Of a stretch of 64,000 nt of DNA, positions 13,301-25,345 are shown piece by piece. The translations under genes and the position numbers were made by a program. Numbering within the stretch: the stretch's first letter is position 1; each line of letters opens with the position of its first letter. The DNA is from Sminthopsis crassicaudata (lineage: Eukaryota), in the NCBI RefSeq assembly GCF_048593235.1, contig NC_133621.1:90573148-90637147 (forward strand), written 5' to 3'. The notes below the pieces were generated by a model that saw only the letters and a program-made list of their open reading frames with translations, was not told where the DNA came from and made no database searches.

Positions 13301-14453
13301 GAAGATCCAATTAGAAGAAATTACCAGAGTCTAGACAAGAGGTAAAGAGAAGGCCTGAACTAGGGAGGTGGAAGGGGAAAAGCTGGATTGGGTGGATAGT
13401 CTAAAGAATTTTACATCTTCACCAACTGAACTGGGGAAGTGGGGAGAAGAGCCAAATCTCTCCTGATTGATATATATCCATTTTACAACTACTAGTCCCT
13501 GACTGCCTAAAGCAAAGTCAAAAAAAGACTTAAGAGACCTAAGTATAGGAGCTCTTGAGCCAGTGTAGACCATCTCTTTAGAGCCAAGGACAGTCAATAT
13601 CATATTGCTTTCCTTCTCAAGAGGTGGAAAGGAATTTGGAACTCAAAAATTAAAAAAAAAAAAAAAAAAAGTTAAAAATATTGTACATGAGAGATATTTA
13701 ATTATATAAAAATATATGTATTTTAAAAAGTCAATCTTACTGAACTTTCTTCTTCTTAGCATCAAAAGCCTTAAGTTCTTCCTCTTCCTTTGGTTCATGA
13801 TGTGTATAGGTTGGAGATGGTACCATATTTTATCTGTGGGTCCTGCGGGAAGAATACTGAAAACAAACAGGACAGGTAGGGCAATTCTACTGTTCCATTT
13901 TCTCAACCTCCAGATGGATCTCTCAGCAACTTAACTGCCTCTCAACTCCTTCCTTCCGGATAGGGTGGAATCAATAATTCATCATAATTGACCAAAGTTT
14001 TAACTGATGCTAACTGGAAAACCTTTTGAAACACAGAGAAGATGTCATTCCTTCCCTCAAGGAGTTGACAATCTAAGAAAAAGAAGATGAATAATCTAAG
14101 CTAATTTATAATGTATTATGCACACTGCTTTACATGCTTTTTCTTTCTTGGTTTTCACTTGTAAAGCAAGAGAATACTTATCACGCTCATTTTGTAGGAA
14201 AAAACCTAAGACTCAAGAACTTTAGATCAGAACTTCTTAAACGTTTTCCACTTGTGACTCCTGAGAAATTTTTATGGGAACTTGGATATATCAGTATTAC
14301 AAATAGATATACAAATCAAACATTTACTGATAATAAAACATAATTTTATGATCTTAGCATTCAAGTGGGGTTTCAAAAGAATCGGAAGAGTTGAGAACCA
14401 AACATCTTTTGATACTATTCTCCTGCTTTCTTCACTATGGGTGTAAGAGAGAG

Positions 14454-14455
<2 letters not shown>

Positions 14456-14532
<77 letters not shown>
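14456..14532. repeat. (AG)n microsatellite, about 38 units
   Basis: Read directly from sequence. Confidence 0.97.
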
Positions 14533-14539
<7 letters not shown>

Positions 14540-16099
14540 TGAGTGTGTGTGTGTAGGGAAGTGTCATTATTTGAGAGTTTGGGTTTTATTTTGAGGAGGG
14601 AGATAATGGGGATTTAGCAAATCTACCCCTAATACATTAGGAAAAGGTTCTAAGTGAAGGGGCAAAAGGAAGGCAAGAGAAAAATGGGCAAGGAGACCAC
14701 TTTACTGGACAGAAGCAAAGCAGTTTGATGGATGGGTAGAGGCTATCATTTCCAGGAAAAGCAGGGCTAAGATTGGAGAAGGAACAAAACACCAAGAAAA
14801 CTCCTCAAGTCTATAACCAAAGTGGTGAGCAAGAGAGAAATAGGAGATGAAGTGAATTTGGAGCAATAAAAAAAGGTTAACCAGGAGCCTGGACTTCATC
14901 AACAGGACAGGAAATAATTAAGGGAAGATTATGGGTCTTTTAAGTCTTGTACTGAGGATAGATGAAAAAAAAAAAAAAAAAGTCGAAGAAAGGGCTTAGT
15001 GGGAGGGCAAGAAAATAAGAATGGGGGAGATGACTAACATGACAAAGGAAAATTTGGAAAGGGAGAGAAGCTATATGAGGAATGCCAGGATCATGGGACA
15101 AATGGAAGGACTGTAGTTTCTTAAAGAGACACAAAAGTGTCTTGGACACAAGCAGAAGCAGGTTTCTGAAAAGTCATGAGGAAACTGAAAGGATGTTTTC
15201 AGAGGTGTGACTTCTTTCTGAATTGGTGGTAGTGAAAAACGCAAAGGACTCCAGTTAACTCTGGCTAGATCTCCAAACCCAGGTTTGGTGGCTCGATCTC
15301 AATATCATCAGTCAGTATTCTCATGAACCTAACAAAGCCCTTCTTCACACTTCTTGGAATGTTATATTCGAGAGTTGCTCCCTTCCCTACCTGTCTCAGG
15401 CACTCTCTTGCTCATATTAAGCTCTCTCTTCACTTTCTAAATGGGGGCAGGGAATCCCAGAATCTCCCATGGTTCAGAACTTCCCTATTCCCTCAGAAGA
15501 GCATGGGGTTCTGTGTCTTCTTCCTTCCCTACACGTTTAACAGGAGGGGGTTTTGCCACTCGCTCCAGCACCCAACGCCCCCAGAAATGCCCACCTCTAA
15601 CGCATGGGGCTAGAACCCAGTCTTACAGATGATCCAGGCCACTGACTCAGATCCAGGTTAATGAGATTTTTTTCCCCTGCCGCTGTATAGCTTAACGAGT
15701 TCGCACAGGACTCAGCCTTGGGAGGAAAAGGCCCAGAAGAGATGAGAATTCGGAGGGAAAGAAGTCTGCAAGCCTCCGTTATGGCGGGTCCTGCCTCTTC
15801 CCCTTCAGTCTGAGGGTATCTCTCCAGCTTTTACTACCCTCTCCCAAGGGGGTGGAGTTTGGGCTGGGGAGAAAGGGTGCGGGCTGAGGAAGGATGGGAG
15901 GGGGGCAGTGCCCGTCCCGGACCCGGACTTAACCCACCAGGATCCAGCACAGTCCCACCCCCCCAATTCCCCACCGCAAGAACGATTTCCTAGTTCCGAG
16001 ACCCCCCCTGGGCCCTCAGACACCTAGCACTGCAGTTCAGAGGGAGGCAGGAACCTTTCCTTCCCCATCAAAATGCGGCCCCGGGAGGCAGGCAGATGG

Positions 16100-18100
16100 C
16101 TCGAGTCTCATTCCATCTGTCCCTTCCCGGTGCTCAAAGGTTAGGGTGCCACGGAGTTTCCTGGCCCGGGGGCTCAGAACCGGGGAACAGTTCCAAGGTC
16201 CGGAGCTCACGAGCGGCTTCCCATCTCGGGGGCTGCTCCGTCCCGGAAAGAGACCCCGGTTCTAGGGAGTGAAGATAAAAGCACTGAGGCGGGGAGCAGC
16301 CCTGCCCCCTCCCCACACCTCCTCCCCACTCCTTTCAGCGCCCCAGGGGCGGCTCCCGAGGAAGCAGCCGCATGGATCTGAGCAGGCGGTTCTGCAGAGC
16401 ACGGGTGGGGACTGGAGGGCGTGGAATAACGGGTCCGCGCCCACGCGGCCCCCGGCGCCGAACCACGCGCCAGGCCCGGGCCCGCAGCTCCCCCGCCGCG
16501 GCGTGGGGGTGTGCGAAGGGGGAGGGGAGGGGAGGAGAGAGCTGGGGGCGAGCGCCAGCCTCTGGGGGCCGGGAGGAGCCCGGCCCGGGAAAGATGCCAT
16601 TACCAGGGAGGCTCCGGATCCCCAGCCCCCCGGGGAAGGACGGAGCAGCTGCCTGGACGCCTCCACGAGCAGCCCCACCTCCCGCGCCTCTAGCTCTTCG
16701 GCCCTTTCCCCCTAGCCCTTTTACTGTTCAAACGCGACCCTCCCCTCCCCATTCAGTCTCGCCCCCCACCTACATACACACTCTGGGCCCGAGGAGGAGG
16801 GAGGGGGAGGGGAGGGGAAAGCGGCGTGTCCCCAGACTGCAGACCGAGTGGCCTGCGCCGGGGTCTCAGCAGAACGTGGCTTGGACCCCAGCCCGGCCTG
16901 AAGTGCAGCCAGAGAGGAAGTGGTACGGCCTAAGCCCCCAGCCCGCAGAGCCTCGGACGGGAAACGGCGTGGCTGGGCCCCGCGATGCCGCGGACGGCGG
17001 CTAACTACGCCCGGCCCCGGGCTCTTGGGACGGAGCAGCCGCCCCCCGCTCTCCCCCGAGCCCCTGACCCCGCTGCCCGCGGCGTCCCCGAGCCCGGCTC
17101 ACCCTCGATGGAGATGACGTGCTCTCGGATCTGATTCTGCAGCCCCAGGTCCTCGATGCGTTCGATCAGGTCGTAGATGGCGTAGATGTTGGGGTGCACC
17201 GACTCAAAGCGCTGGATCTCGGCCCGGATGGCCGCCGAGTTGGACAGCGCGAACTGCTGCGGGGGCCCTCCGGCCAGCTGCTGGGAGGGGCCGCCTGCAC
17301 CCCCAGCCCCGGGCCCCGCGCCGCCGAACTGCCCTCCGCCCCCACCGCCCCCGCCGCCAGCCCCCGAGGCCGCCAGGCTCTGCTGCTGCTGCGGGCTCTG
17401 CCCCCCGCCCGCCTGGAAGTTCATGGCTCGGGAGCCGCGGGGGCCGGGCCGGGGCGGGGGCGGCGCTGCTGCGGCGGCGGCGGCGGCGGGGGTCGGGGTC
17501 TAGCAGGGACCGGGACCGCAGAGCCGGAGGTGCGGGCTAGTGCATGGGGCCGGAGAGCCGGACGCGCCGCCGCGGCCGCTGCAGACGCTGTGGCCGCCGC
17601 TGCCGAGCGCTTCCCGGAGCCACGATCTCGCCGCCCGCCGCTGCTTCCCACCAGCAACCAGCGGCAGCAGCAGCAGCAACAACAACGGGACCGGGAGCGC
17701 GCCGCCCGGGCCCTCCCCCCGCGTCATGCGCACGCACCGCCGCCCCCGCCGGCACCGGCACACGCAGCCCTAGCCCCCCTAGCGGCCGCCCCCGCCCCTC
17801 TCCCCTCCCCCTCCCATTCCTCGCGCACGCTGCCCGCCGCCACTCTCAGTCCGCCCCCGCCCTCACCCCGGCGTGCCCCCAGCATCCCTGGCCTCCTGAG
17901 CCCGCGCTCCGGCCCGTCCTCCTGCACCTCCCCGCGCCGGCTCGCAGGAAAAGCCGCTCAGATGCTGCTCTCCGCCCCAGCCTTCCCCAGCCCCTCAGCC
18001 CTGGAGGCAGCAGCGCTCCTCCGTTAACTCTTCTCAGAGTGGTCACTGCCCGGCTGCCCCTGGCCTCCTCCTTTCCTCCGGGATCAGCTCCTCACTCCCC
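16100..18100. promoter_or_regulatory. CpG island covering AGAP3 promoter, 5'UTR, exon 1 and start of intron 1
   Basis: Very GC- and CpG-rich, with GCC and CAG/CAA runs in the 5'UTR. Boundaries approximate. Confidence 0.85.
17103..17424 (-). CDS. AGAP3: AGAP3 (ArfGAP with GTPase domain, ankyrin repeat and PH domain 3) first coding exon; the rest lies beyond the left edge of the window
   Basis: [19 protein letters not shown]...[50 protein letters not shown] matches the AGAP3 N-terminus. ATG in GCCATG context; phase-1 donor G|GTGAG at 17102. Confidence 0.96.
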
Positions 18101-19539
18101 GGAGTGACCCCACGTGCCAGTGGGAGCACCACTGGACACCCGTTAATTCTCTGGCTGCTCAAGCAATACCTGTTGATTGCCTGAGAGAAGAGGGACCAGT
18201 GTCCAGACCAAGTTTAGCGTAGCACCGGGCACATACTAGGCACTTAAGTGTTTCGAACGAACGAATGAATGAATGCTGTCACTCCTGAATCAAGCTGACC
18301 AAAGCTTATTTTCAGGGAGTAACAAGGCCAAAACTTCTCTTCCTCCCCACCCCCTCCCACCCAAGACCCAACAGTCTAATTGGAGATCAGAATTCTGAGT
18401 TTCTCGGTTCTGAGTGTAGCAGTTTAATTAAAAAAAAAAAAAAAAAAAAAAAAGATGATTGAATGATATCCAGAGCATCACACCTCAGGAGTCAGAGTCC
18501 TCCATCACTTCTCACCTACAAGATATTTAAATTCTTCATTAATCCCTACAGTAATGCTTTATACATAGAGGCCTATTAATAATTACTTGATTGACCTTTC
18601 TGATAGGAAAACTGGAATATCACTAAGGAGAATTGCATACTATACAAAGAAATAAACTAGAGGCAACAAGTGTTACTGTATCCTCTACTTACCCTAGCCA
18701 GTGTTTTTCAAGGAAGAGGACCCACTGTAATGTATGTCTCCATTCATTTTTCTTTTCTCCAAGCCCTTTCTCTCCTTTATTTTGGTCTGTGGTGGGCTCA
18801 TGTGGATCCAGAAGCCCCACCCTTTTCCTCTGCTAGAGATCTCTTGTGGTCCCAGGAAATCCTTAAAATCTGTTCTTTTGCTCCAATGGAGTATAGGGAG
18901 TTTCTACCAATCAGACTTCTCAGGCTATGAGCAGCTTCTTGTGATGGAGGATATGTCTTTAAACTTCTTCTTCCTCTTGTTCCCAAAGCTGAACGGCTTC
19001 ACGCCATTATTTTTATTTTTCTCCAAGTGTGCCCAATTTCTGCTCTAATGTCCCTATGGGCTCTCTGGGGGATCAGTGTTCAATTTTCATTTTTGTCTTT
19101 AATTAGCTGTGTGGTCTTGGACAATTCAAATTACTTTTCTACACCTCAGGTCCTCAAATAGAGGATGAGGGAACTAGACTTGATGATCCCTAGTTTGGCT
19201 TCTGGTATTAAAATTCTAAGATAATATCTGGCCAGATAACAACTAAAGACAACATGGGCTTTGATGTGTAGTTCTGTAGTGGTTTACAAAATGCTTTCCT
19301 AACTAAAAGGCCTCAAGGTAGGTGGTGTGATAATTATTTCCATTTTACCCAAGGTCACATAGCTAGGGAATGATAGAATGAGGTTTAAACTAAGACCATC
19401 TTAGAATTTATTGCATATACAAGTCAGGTTATACAGCAGATCCCCAGAAGCCCAGGGTAAAATGAATCTGACACCAAAGATATTGGAAAGGGAAGTGTGT
19501 GTGGGGACTAGAGGCCCTTAAAAGTTGAATGGAGCTCAG

Positions 19540-19540
<1 letters not shown>

Positions 19541-19574
<34 letters not shown>
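19541..19574. repeat. (AC)n microsatellite, 17 units
   Basis: Read directly from sequence. Confidence 0.97.
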
Positions 19575-19576
<2 letters not shown>

Positions 19577-20099
19577 TCCTTGGGCTCATTCCAGGTCCTT
19601 GGAACCAGATTCATTTGCAGGTATTTAAAAAAAAAAAAGTTATTGATGGTATTTGAGTGAAGTTAGCTTCTGTGCTAAGCTTCTCTTTGTGAAAAAGGTG
19701 GTGAATTCAGGATGAGGTGATATTGTGATATTAAGCACATCTATTTAAAATCTCTGGCTTTTCAGTTTCCTCATCTACAAAATGAGGAGGTTGAAGTGGA
19801 TCAGTGGTTCTTAAAGTGGAATCCTTGAACTGGTTTTAAAATATATAACAGGGTAATGACATTTCAACATGATTAGTGTCCTTTTTTAATCCTGTTGTTT
19901 TATGCACTTTAAAACATTTTCCTTACAAGGGCATCCATAGACTTCACATATTGCAGAGATGATCTCTAAGACCCCTTTCAGCTTTGACCCAAAGTTGTAA
20001 CTTTACAGTTGGCTGGGGCTACTTGGGTATTCTCTTCCTCCCCTGACTCTCCCCACCTTCTTGCTTTTCTAGTTCCCAACCCCCTGAAGGAGAATTAGA

Positions 20100-20264
20100 T
20101 GAGTGAGTGGGCGGGGCCTAAGCTGCATCCTCGGGACTACAAGTCCCATAATACCCTGGGCGAGTCTTGCGGGACGGGGGGCGGGGTGGACAGGTAGGAG
20201 CGACCTCGGCGTCGCGCTCCCGGAAGCACTGGGGTGTCCGACATGGAGATGGCCGAGCGGTGCT
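20100..20264 (+). promoter_or_regulatory. TMUB1: TMUB1 promoter and putative non-coding exon 1
   Basis: Small CpG island with GC box GGGCGGGGC (20109-20117), ZNF143/SBS-type motif GGACTACAAGTCCCATAATAC (20134-20154) and donor GCT|GTGAGT at 20265. TSS not determinable from sequence. Confidence 0.65.
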
Positions 20265-20856
20265 GTGAGTAGAGGGTATTGGGATCCCATTCTCCCCTCC
20301 TCGGATATGTCCCCAGGTTTTCCGACACCCCTCCGCAAACCTTTTAATTTGGGGGGAGGTGTCTTTTTGGGTGGAGGGAACTTCCTTAGAGGATCCCGGG
20401 TCTAGAGCTTGATGATGGGGGCGGGGAGACAGTGGAAACGTACAGGTGAATTTGGAGTACTGAGAAACAGAAGATAAGCTACTCGGAGGATGGGATGGGG
20501 AGCTGGTGAAGCGAGGGCTGGGGCGAGCTTGGGGTCTTTAAAAGATGGGAACGAGGTTCCGTAGGGCGGGCTTGGGGTTTGGGAAGGAAAGGAGTTGGGT
20601 AGAGATGAATGGGGGCTGTTTAGGAGACGTGAGTTAGGGATGGGACTGGCCTTTGGGGATGGAAGGAGTTGTGTGGCCGCGGTGGGCGGAGGGTTGCCTT
20701 TAGGAGACTTGGATTTGACGGTCTCAAGGGATGGGAGTTTGTCTTCTGTGGAGGGAGGAATGATGTAGTGATGGAGAGGTGGAAGGGGCGTTTAGGAGGC
20801 ATGAATTGAGGCCTGAAAAGGTGGTCTTAGGTTTGTGGGTGGAAGTTGTGTAAATG

Positions 20857-21005
20857 TTTTTTTTTTTTTTTTTTGAGGCTGGGGTTAAGTGACTTGCTCT
20901 AGGGTCACACAGCTAAGAAGTGTTAAGTGTCTGAGACCAGATTTGAACTCAGGTCCTCCTAAATTCAAGGCTGGTGCTCTATCCACTACGCCACCCAGCT
21001 GCCCC
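20857..21005 (-). mobile_element. Young WSINE1-like CORE-SINE in TMUB1 intron 1
   Basis: About 95% identical to the copy at 7111-7261. TSD GAAGTTGT(G/A)TAAAT at 20842-20855 and 21007-21020, one mismatch. Confidence 0.9.
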
Positions 21006-21653
21006 TGAAGTTGTATAAATTGAGGGGGGGTTTAGGAGACAGAAATTGAGGCCCTCAGTAAGGGGACTTGGGGTTTAGCGATAGAGAAAGAATTGCCCCC
21101 TTTAGAGGCAAGTTGGGAAATTTTCGGTGACAGAAGTTGAAATCTCAGAAATGGGATTTGCAGTTGATGGGAGTAGAGTATTAAGTCAAATTTGGGGCTT
21201 TTGGTATACAGAAGAGTAGAATTAGTGCGTTTGGGGGATAGAGGTGTATTTGGGGGCATAATTAAGATGCAGAGAAACTGAGGGCAACGAATTAAAGAGT
21301 TGGTTAGTTGATTGCAACAGCATGAAATAAAGTTTGGGGACTTCAGAAGATCAATTGTGAGGCCCCAAGGTGGAATGTAGTTTGATGGTGCAGATTTAGA
21401 AAACAGCTGTTGAGGAACCAAAGGATGGAATTTGAAATTTAGAGATAAACAGTAGAGAGGCAGATTTGGGGATTTTAGGAGACAAAGGAATTGAGGAATA
21501 TTGGGTAGGGTAAATTCAAAGAATGGAGGGCTGTGAAGCTAGAGTTTAATGGGAAATAGAAGGTTAGTGAAAGAAGAGGGGTTTTAGGCAGGCTGCTATC
21601 TCACTGGCCTCTTTATGTCCTTGTAGCTTAGTAGCCTGGCCTAGGCAGGTGCC

Positions 21654-22757
21654 ATGGCCCTGATTGAGGGGGTGGGGGACGAGGTGACTGTCCTTTTTGG
21701 GACACTCCTCTGTCTCCTGGTGCTGGGCCTGGCCTGGATCTCTACACACACCTCAGAACAAAGTGATCTGCTGCCCCAGGACTCAGGGACCCCCTCCCCA
21801 ACACAGTCCAGAGAGGCTGCAGTATCCACAGTCAGCAACAGCCAGGATGCTTCGGGTCCTGAGGCCCCCACACTGAGGCAGCGAGTGCCAAACTCACAGT
21901 CAGAGCCTGGGACTGTAACCCCAGAAGCACCCCCCCCCAGCTCTCAACCAGGACCCCTGGTGCTTAGGCTGAAGTTCCTCAACGACTCGGAGCAGGTGGC
22001 AAGAGCCTGGCCCCAGGACACCATTGGCTCCTTGAAAAGGTGAGTAGAGGTGGGGAGAGCCAAGGGAAGGGAAGGAGATGCCCAGGGAATGGTCTACAGT
22101 CCTAGAGAGAAGCAACCATCTCAGTCCAGGGCTCATCACACTCAAACAGAAGCAGATCCCTGCAGAGGCATGGGATGTCATGTGTCTTTATTTTGTTTAA
22201 ACTTCCCAGTTACACCTCGACCTTGTTGGAGTTGCTAGTTTGACCCTTCTGAGCATGGTTCAGCGGAGGGTCCTAATTCTAGCTCTCTCAGGGCTATTGG
22301 AGGGAGGAGAGACTTGGGGGGGGGGGGGAGAAGAGCTGTGGCCACCAGGCCTAGGACTAGGATTGGCTGAGGCCTGCTCTCTTACCCAGGTCCCTCTCTC
22401 CTCAGGACCCAGTTTCCAGGCCAGGAACACCAGGTGCGGCTCATTTATCAAGGGCAGCTTCTCGGAGACGATGCCCAGACTCTGGGCTCCCTTCACCTCC
22501 CCCCCAACTGCGTTCTCCACTGCCACGTGGCCGCCAGAGCAGGTCCCCAACACCACGGCTGCCCACCGGGGTCAGAGACCGGCCCCTCGGGGTTGGGAGT
22601 GGGCAACCTGCTGCTCCCCCTGCTGCTTCTCATGCTGACACTGCTTTGGTACTGCCAGATCCAGTACCGACCCTTCTTTCCCCCCACCGCCACTCTGGGC
22701 CTGGCCGGCCTCACGCTGCTGGTCAGTCTCCTGGCCTTCGCAATGTACCGCCGCTAG
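21654..22757 (+). CDS. TMUB1: TMUB1 (transmembrane and ubiquitin-like domain-containing protein 1/HOPS), join(21654..22039,22406..22757), 245 aa
   Basis: MALIEGVGDEVTVLF N-terminus, ubiquitin-like domain LRLKFLNDSEQVARAWPQDTIGSLKR|TQFPGQEHQVRLIYQGQLLGDD...CVLHCHV, and C-terminal TM segments ending LAFAMYRR. GT-AG intron 22040-22405; 738 nt in frame. ATTAAA poly(A) signal at 23144-23149. Confidence 0.97.
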
Positions 22758-23459
22758 TGCCTGCCCGAGCCCAGGGCCAGAACCAGCCCGGACCCCATTC
22801 TCCGCGGCACAGCGGGAGCTGCTGCCTCCCTCGGCCCGCGGCTAGGGCATGCCTCTTCCCCCTGCCTTGGAGCCCGGCTCTGCAGAGAGAGCTGCGGGGG
22901 CCTTCCGAGTCTTCCCCGTGTGAGCAGCCCTGCTCCCGGCTGGCCCCGGGGACCGCGGCCGCTTCCCCACCGGGGAGCTGCTGCCCCTGCCTGGGGGTGC
23001 AGGGCATGGCCAAGCCTTTGGGCCCCCCGAATGCCCAGCCCGCCCATGCGCCCTGAGAGTTGCCAGTGACCCCCAGAGCCCGCGGCCGGCCCGGACTCCA
23101 GGACAGGATCGAGCCCGAGCTCGGGTTCTTTGCATAAACTTCGATTAAAAACAAAAATGTGAGTTCCCAGCGCTGCCGGGTGTGTTGAGTGAGTGTGCTG
23201 CAGTGAAGGAGCCGGGGGATGGGGGAGCCGGACTCCCGGGACCTCCGGGGTTCCGAAAAGGCAGGGAGCTGCCCGGGAGTCCACTTCTTTGAGCCACCAG
23301 GAAGCAGCTGTGCCCGGGGGCGGGCCACCGGACCCCGAGGCCGAGCGCCCCCTCCCCCAAAAAAGGGAGGGGTGTAGGACTGGTGGCACTACCTACCTCA
23401 CAGGGCTGTTGTGAGGGACGCGCTATATAAAAAGAAGCTGTTACTCATCCGCTGCCGAC

Positions 23460-23700
23460 TCGGTCATTGGGCGGACTCGGAACTAGGGGGCGGGGCTTTA
23501 GGAGAGAGCAAGGTCGGCCTCTTCCTCCCCTGCGCTTTTGGTGCGTCCTCGGGCGCTGCGCCAGCACCCCAGAGCCCGCAGGGGCAGACGGGAGCCACGT
23601 CCTTGCCCGCCCGAAGGATCCGGCTGTGATTGGCGGTGAGAGTGACTGCAGAGGGGCTGCCGGGAAGATGGCGGACTCGGAGGCATCCGGCCTATGACGG
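23460..23700 (+). promoter_or_regulatory. CpG-island promoter of the FASTK locus
   Basis: Inverted CCAAT (ATTGG) at 23466-23470 and 23629-23633, GC box GGGGCGGGGC at 23487-23496, YY1-type AAGATGGCG at 23665-23673. Confidence 0.7.
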
Positions 23701-25345
23701 CCCGACTCTGGGCAAAGGGCGGGCCCGGACGCTGCGGTCCGAGGCCACTCTCTCGGATCTCCACTGTGGGGGGGAGGGGAGGGGAGGCGCGGGAAGAAAG
23801 GAAGGGAAGCGGGGTCTTCCTAATCCCTGGCTAGAACCTTGGTTCCCTCCCCTCAGACAAAGGGGCGTGGCGCGAGACCGCTCTGCTCTGAGAAAGGGCC
23901 CACTTGTAAAGTTGGCGAGTCGGGGGCGGCCGGGCCTGGGTCCTCTGGGCTAGTGCCGCCCTCGAGCCCTACCTATTCCTCCGGTTCCCTGCCAGCCGCG
24001 CTCTGGGGCAAACTAGCCCCGGGCTCGTCTCTCATGGAGGGCGGCAGGGGCCTGTGTGAGGGGGCCGGGGCAGCATTCCCCAGGAAGGGGCTGGCGCCAC
24101 CGCCGCTTAGAGCCGACAGTCTGTAAGAACCCTGAGTGGCTCTAAGTCCAGTTTACAGCTGTCCACGTGCTCCGAAAGTTGTAAAACGACCAAACGCTGA
24201 GAGCCTTGTTCCGGGCCGTTCCGCCCGCCCTGGGAGAGAGCTTTTGCCTCGGGCCAGCCATCCCAGGGCAGAGGCCTCCAAAACGCCCCGGATGTGGTCA
24301 GTCTGGGACGTGCGGGGCGGGCAGAATGGGCTCCCACTCCCAGCCCGCCCTACGCCCGTCAGGCTGCGCCCAGCCTTAGGTCATAGCCCCTGACCCTTGG
24401 CGCTGCTGCTGCTGCTTGCCGCACCTTCCTCCCTCCACTTAAACTCCTCGGCCCTCCGCCAGCCTCCGAGCCTGCCCTCTCGCCATTGGGCTGTTTTGTG
24501 CCCATCTTCCCTCGCATAGTGAATCACCCGCCTGGAGTGTGCAACAAGGGGACAAAGGGACGAAACCACCACGACCGGGCAGTTAGCGATCGGGGCCTCG
24601 GCCCGGCCCTGTAGCCTGGGAGGGAGGATGCACCTCCCGTCTCTACCTCTCCCTCCCTCCTCCTCTCACCCTTATCTTTGTTAGCTTTGCTTCTTCCCGA
24701 GGAAGTCTTGTATTTTCCCCATCCACAGGTCAGGAAGATGCCCAGTTACAATGTCCTGGTACCTGGGCACGCCCGTTCAGGTTCCCCGAAAGGCCTCGAT
24801 CAGCAAGATCTGGCTCGTGCCTGCCATGCTACCGCACACTAGGCCCCCACTCCCTAACATCAGTGCCCGACTTCCCCTGGAACACACACTGGCCCCTGCT
24901 CCCGATAAGGGCACAGAACGGGGATGTTGGGGATTAAGTAGAGATCCGTCCTTACAACACTACAGCAAAAGGCAGAAGTTCCAAGTAGGTTCAGGCCCGC
25001 CATGTTTTATTCTTTCAGATTTTTATGCCCAGAAAAAACCTGCAGTCCAACTTTTTTTTTTTTTTTAAACAACACAAAAAGGAAAGAGACTCAGACCTTA
25101 AAATGACTTGCTTAAGCTTCCATGGTCAGTTACTGGAAAAGCCAATACTTGAACCCACGTTTCTGGAATCTGAGAATCTTTCCACTCTCAGTATCCTTTC
25201 CCCCCTTTTCCATGCTCACAAGGAAACAGTCACGAGCAGCTGCTGACAGAAAGGAGGTCCTGAAGAAGTTTGATGGGGCCACCAGACTATACCGAAAGGC
25301 AAAGGGGCTCTGGGCGCTGGGCTGGCAGAGGGAGCCAGGGGAAGA
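23661..25345 (+). pseudogene. FASTK: Candidate FASTK unitary pseudogene: promoter/5' exon plus degraded 3' coding remnant
   Basis: Occupies the exact syntenic slot and strand of FASTK between TMUB1 and SLC4A2. 5' segment GGGAAGATGGCGGACTCGG resembles the recalled human FASTK 5' end. 25253-25325 resembles the recalled C-terminal RALRE..LMGYQLLP and RQKLQALGL codons with indels. No FASTK-like long ORF in the ORF track. Human comparison from memory. Confidence 0.65.

Noticed and set aside
17119-18107. 302-aa and 187-aa plus-strand ORFs antisense to AGAP3 exon 1
   Set aside because: Shadow ORFs of a GC-rich exon and 5'UTR with GCC/CAG repeats.
22646-23389. Several 130-210 aa ORFs over the TMUB1 3'UTR, considered as FASTK
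   Set aside because: No FASTK-like sequence; they overlap the TMUB1 stop and UTR and are GC artefacts.
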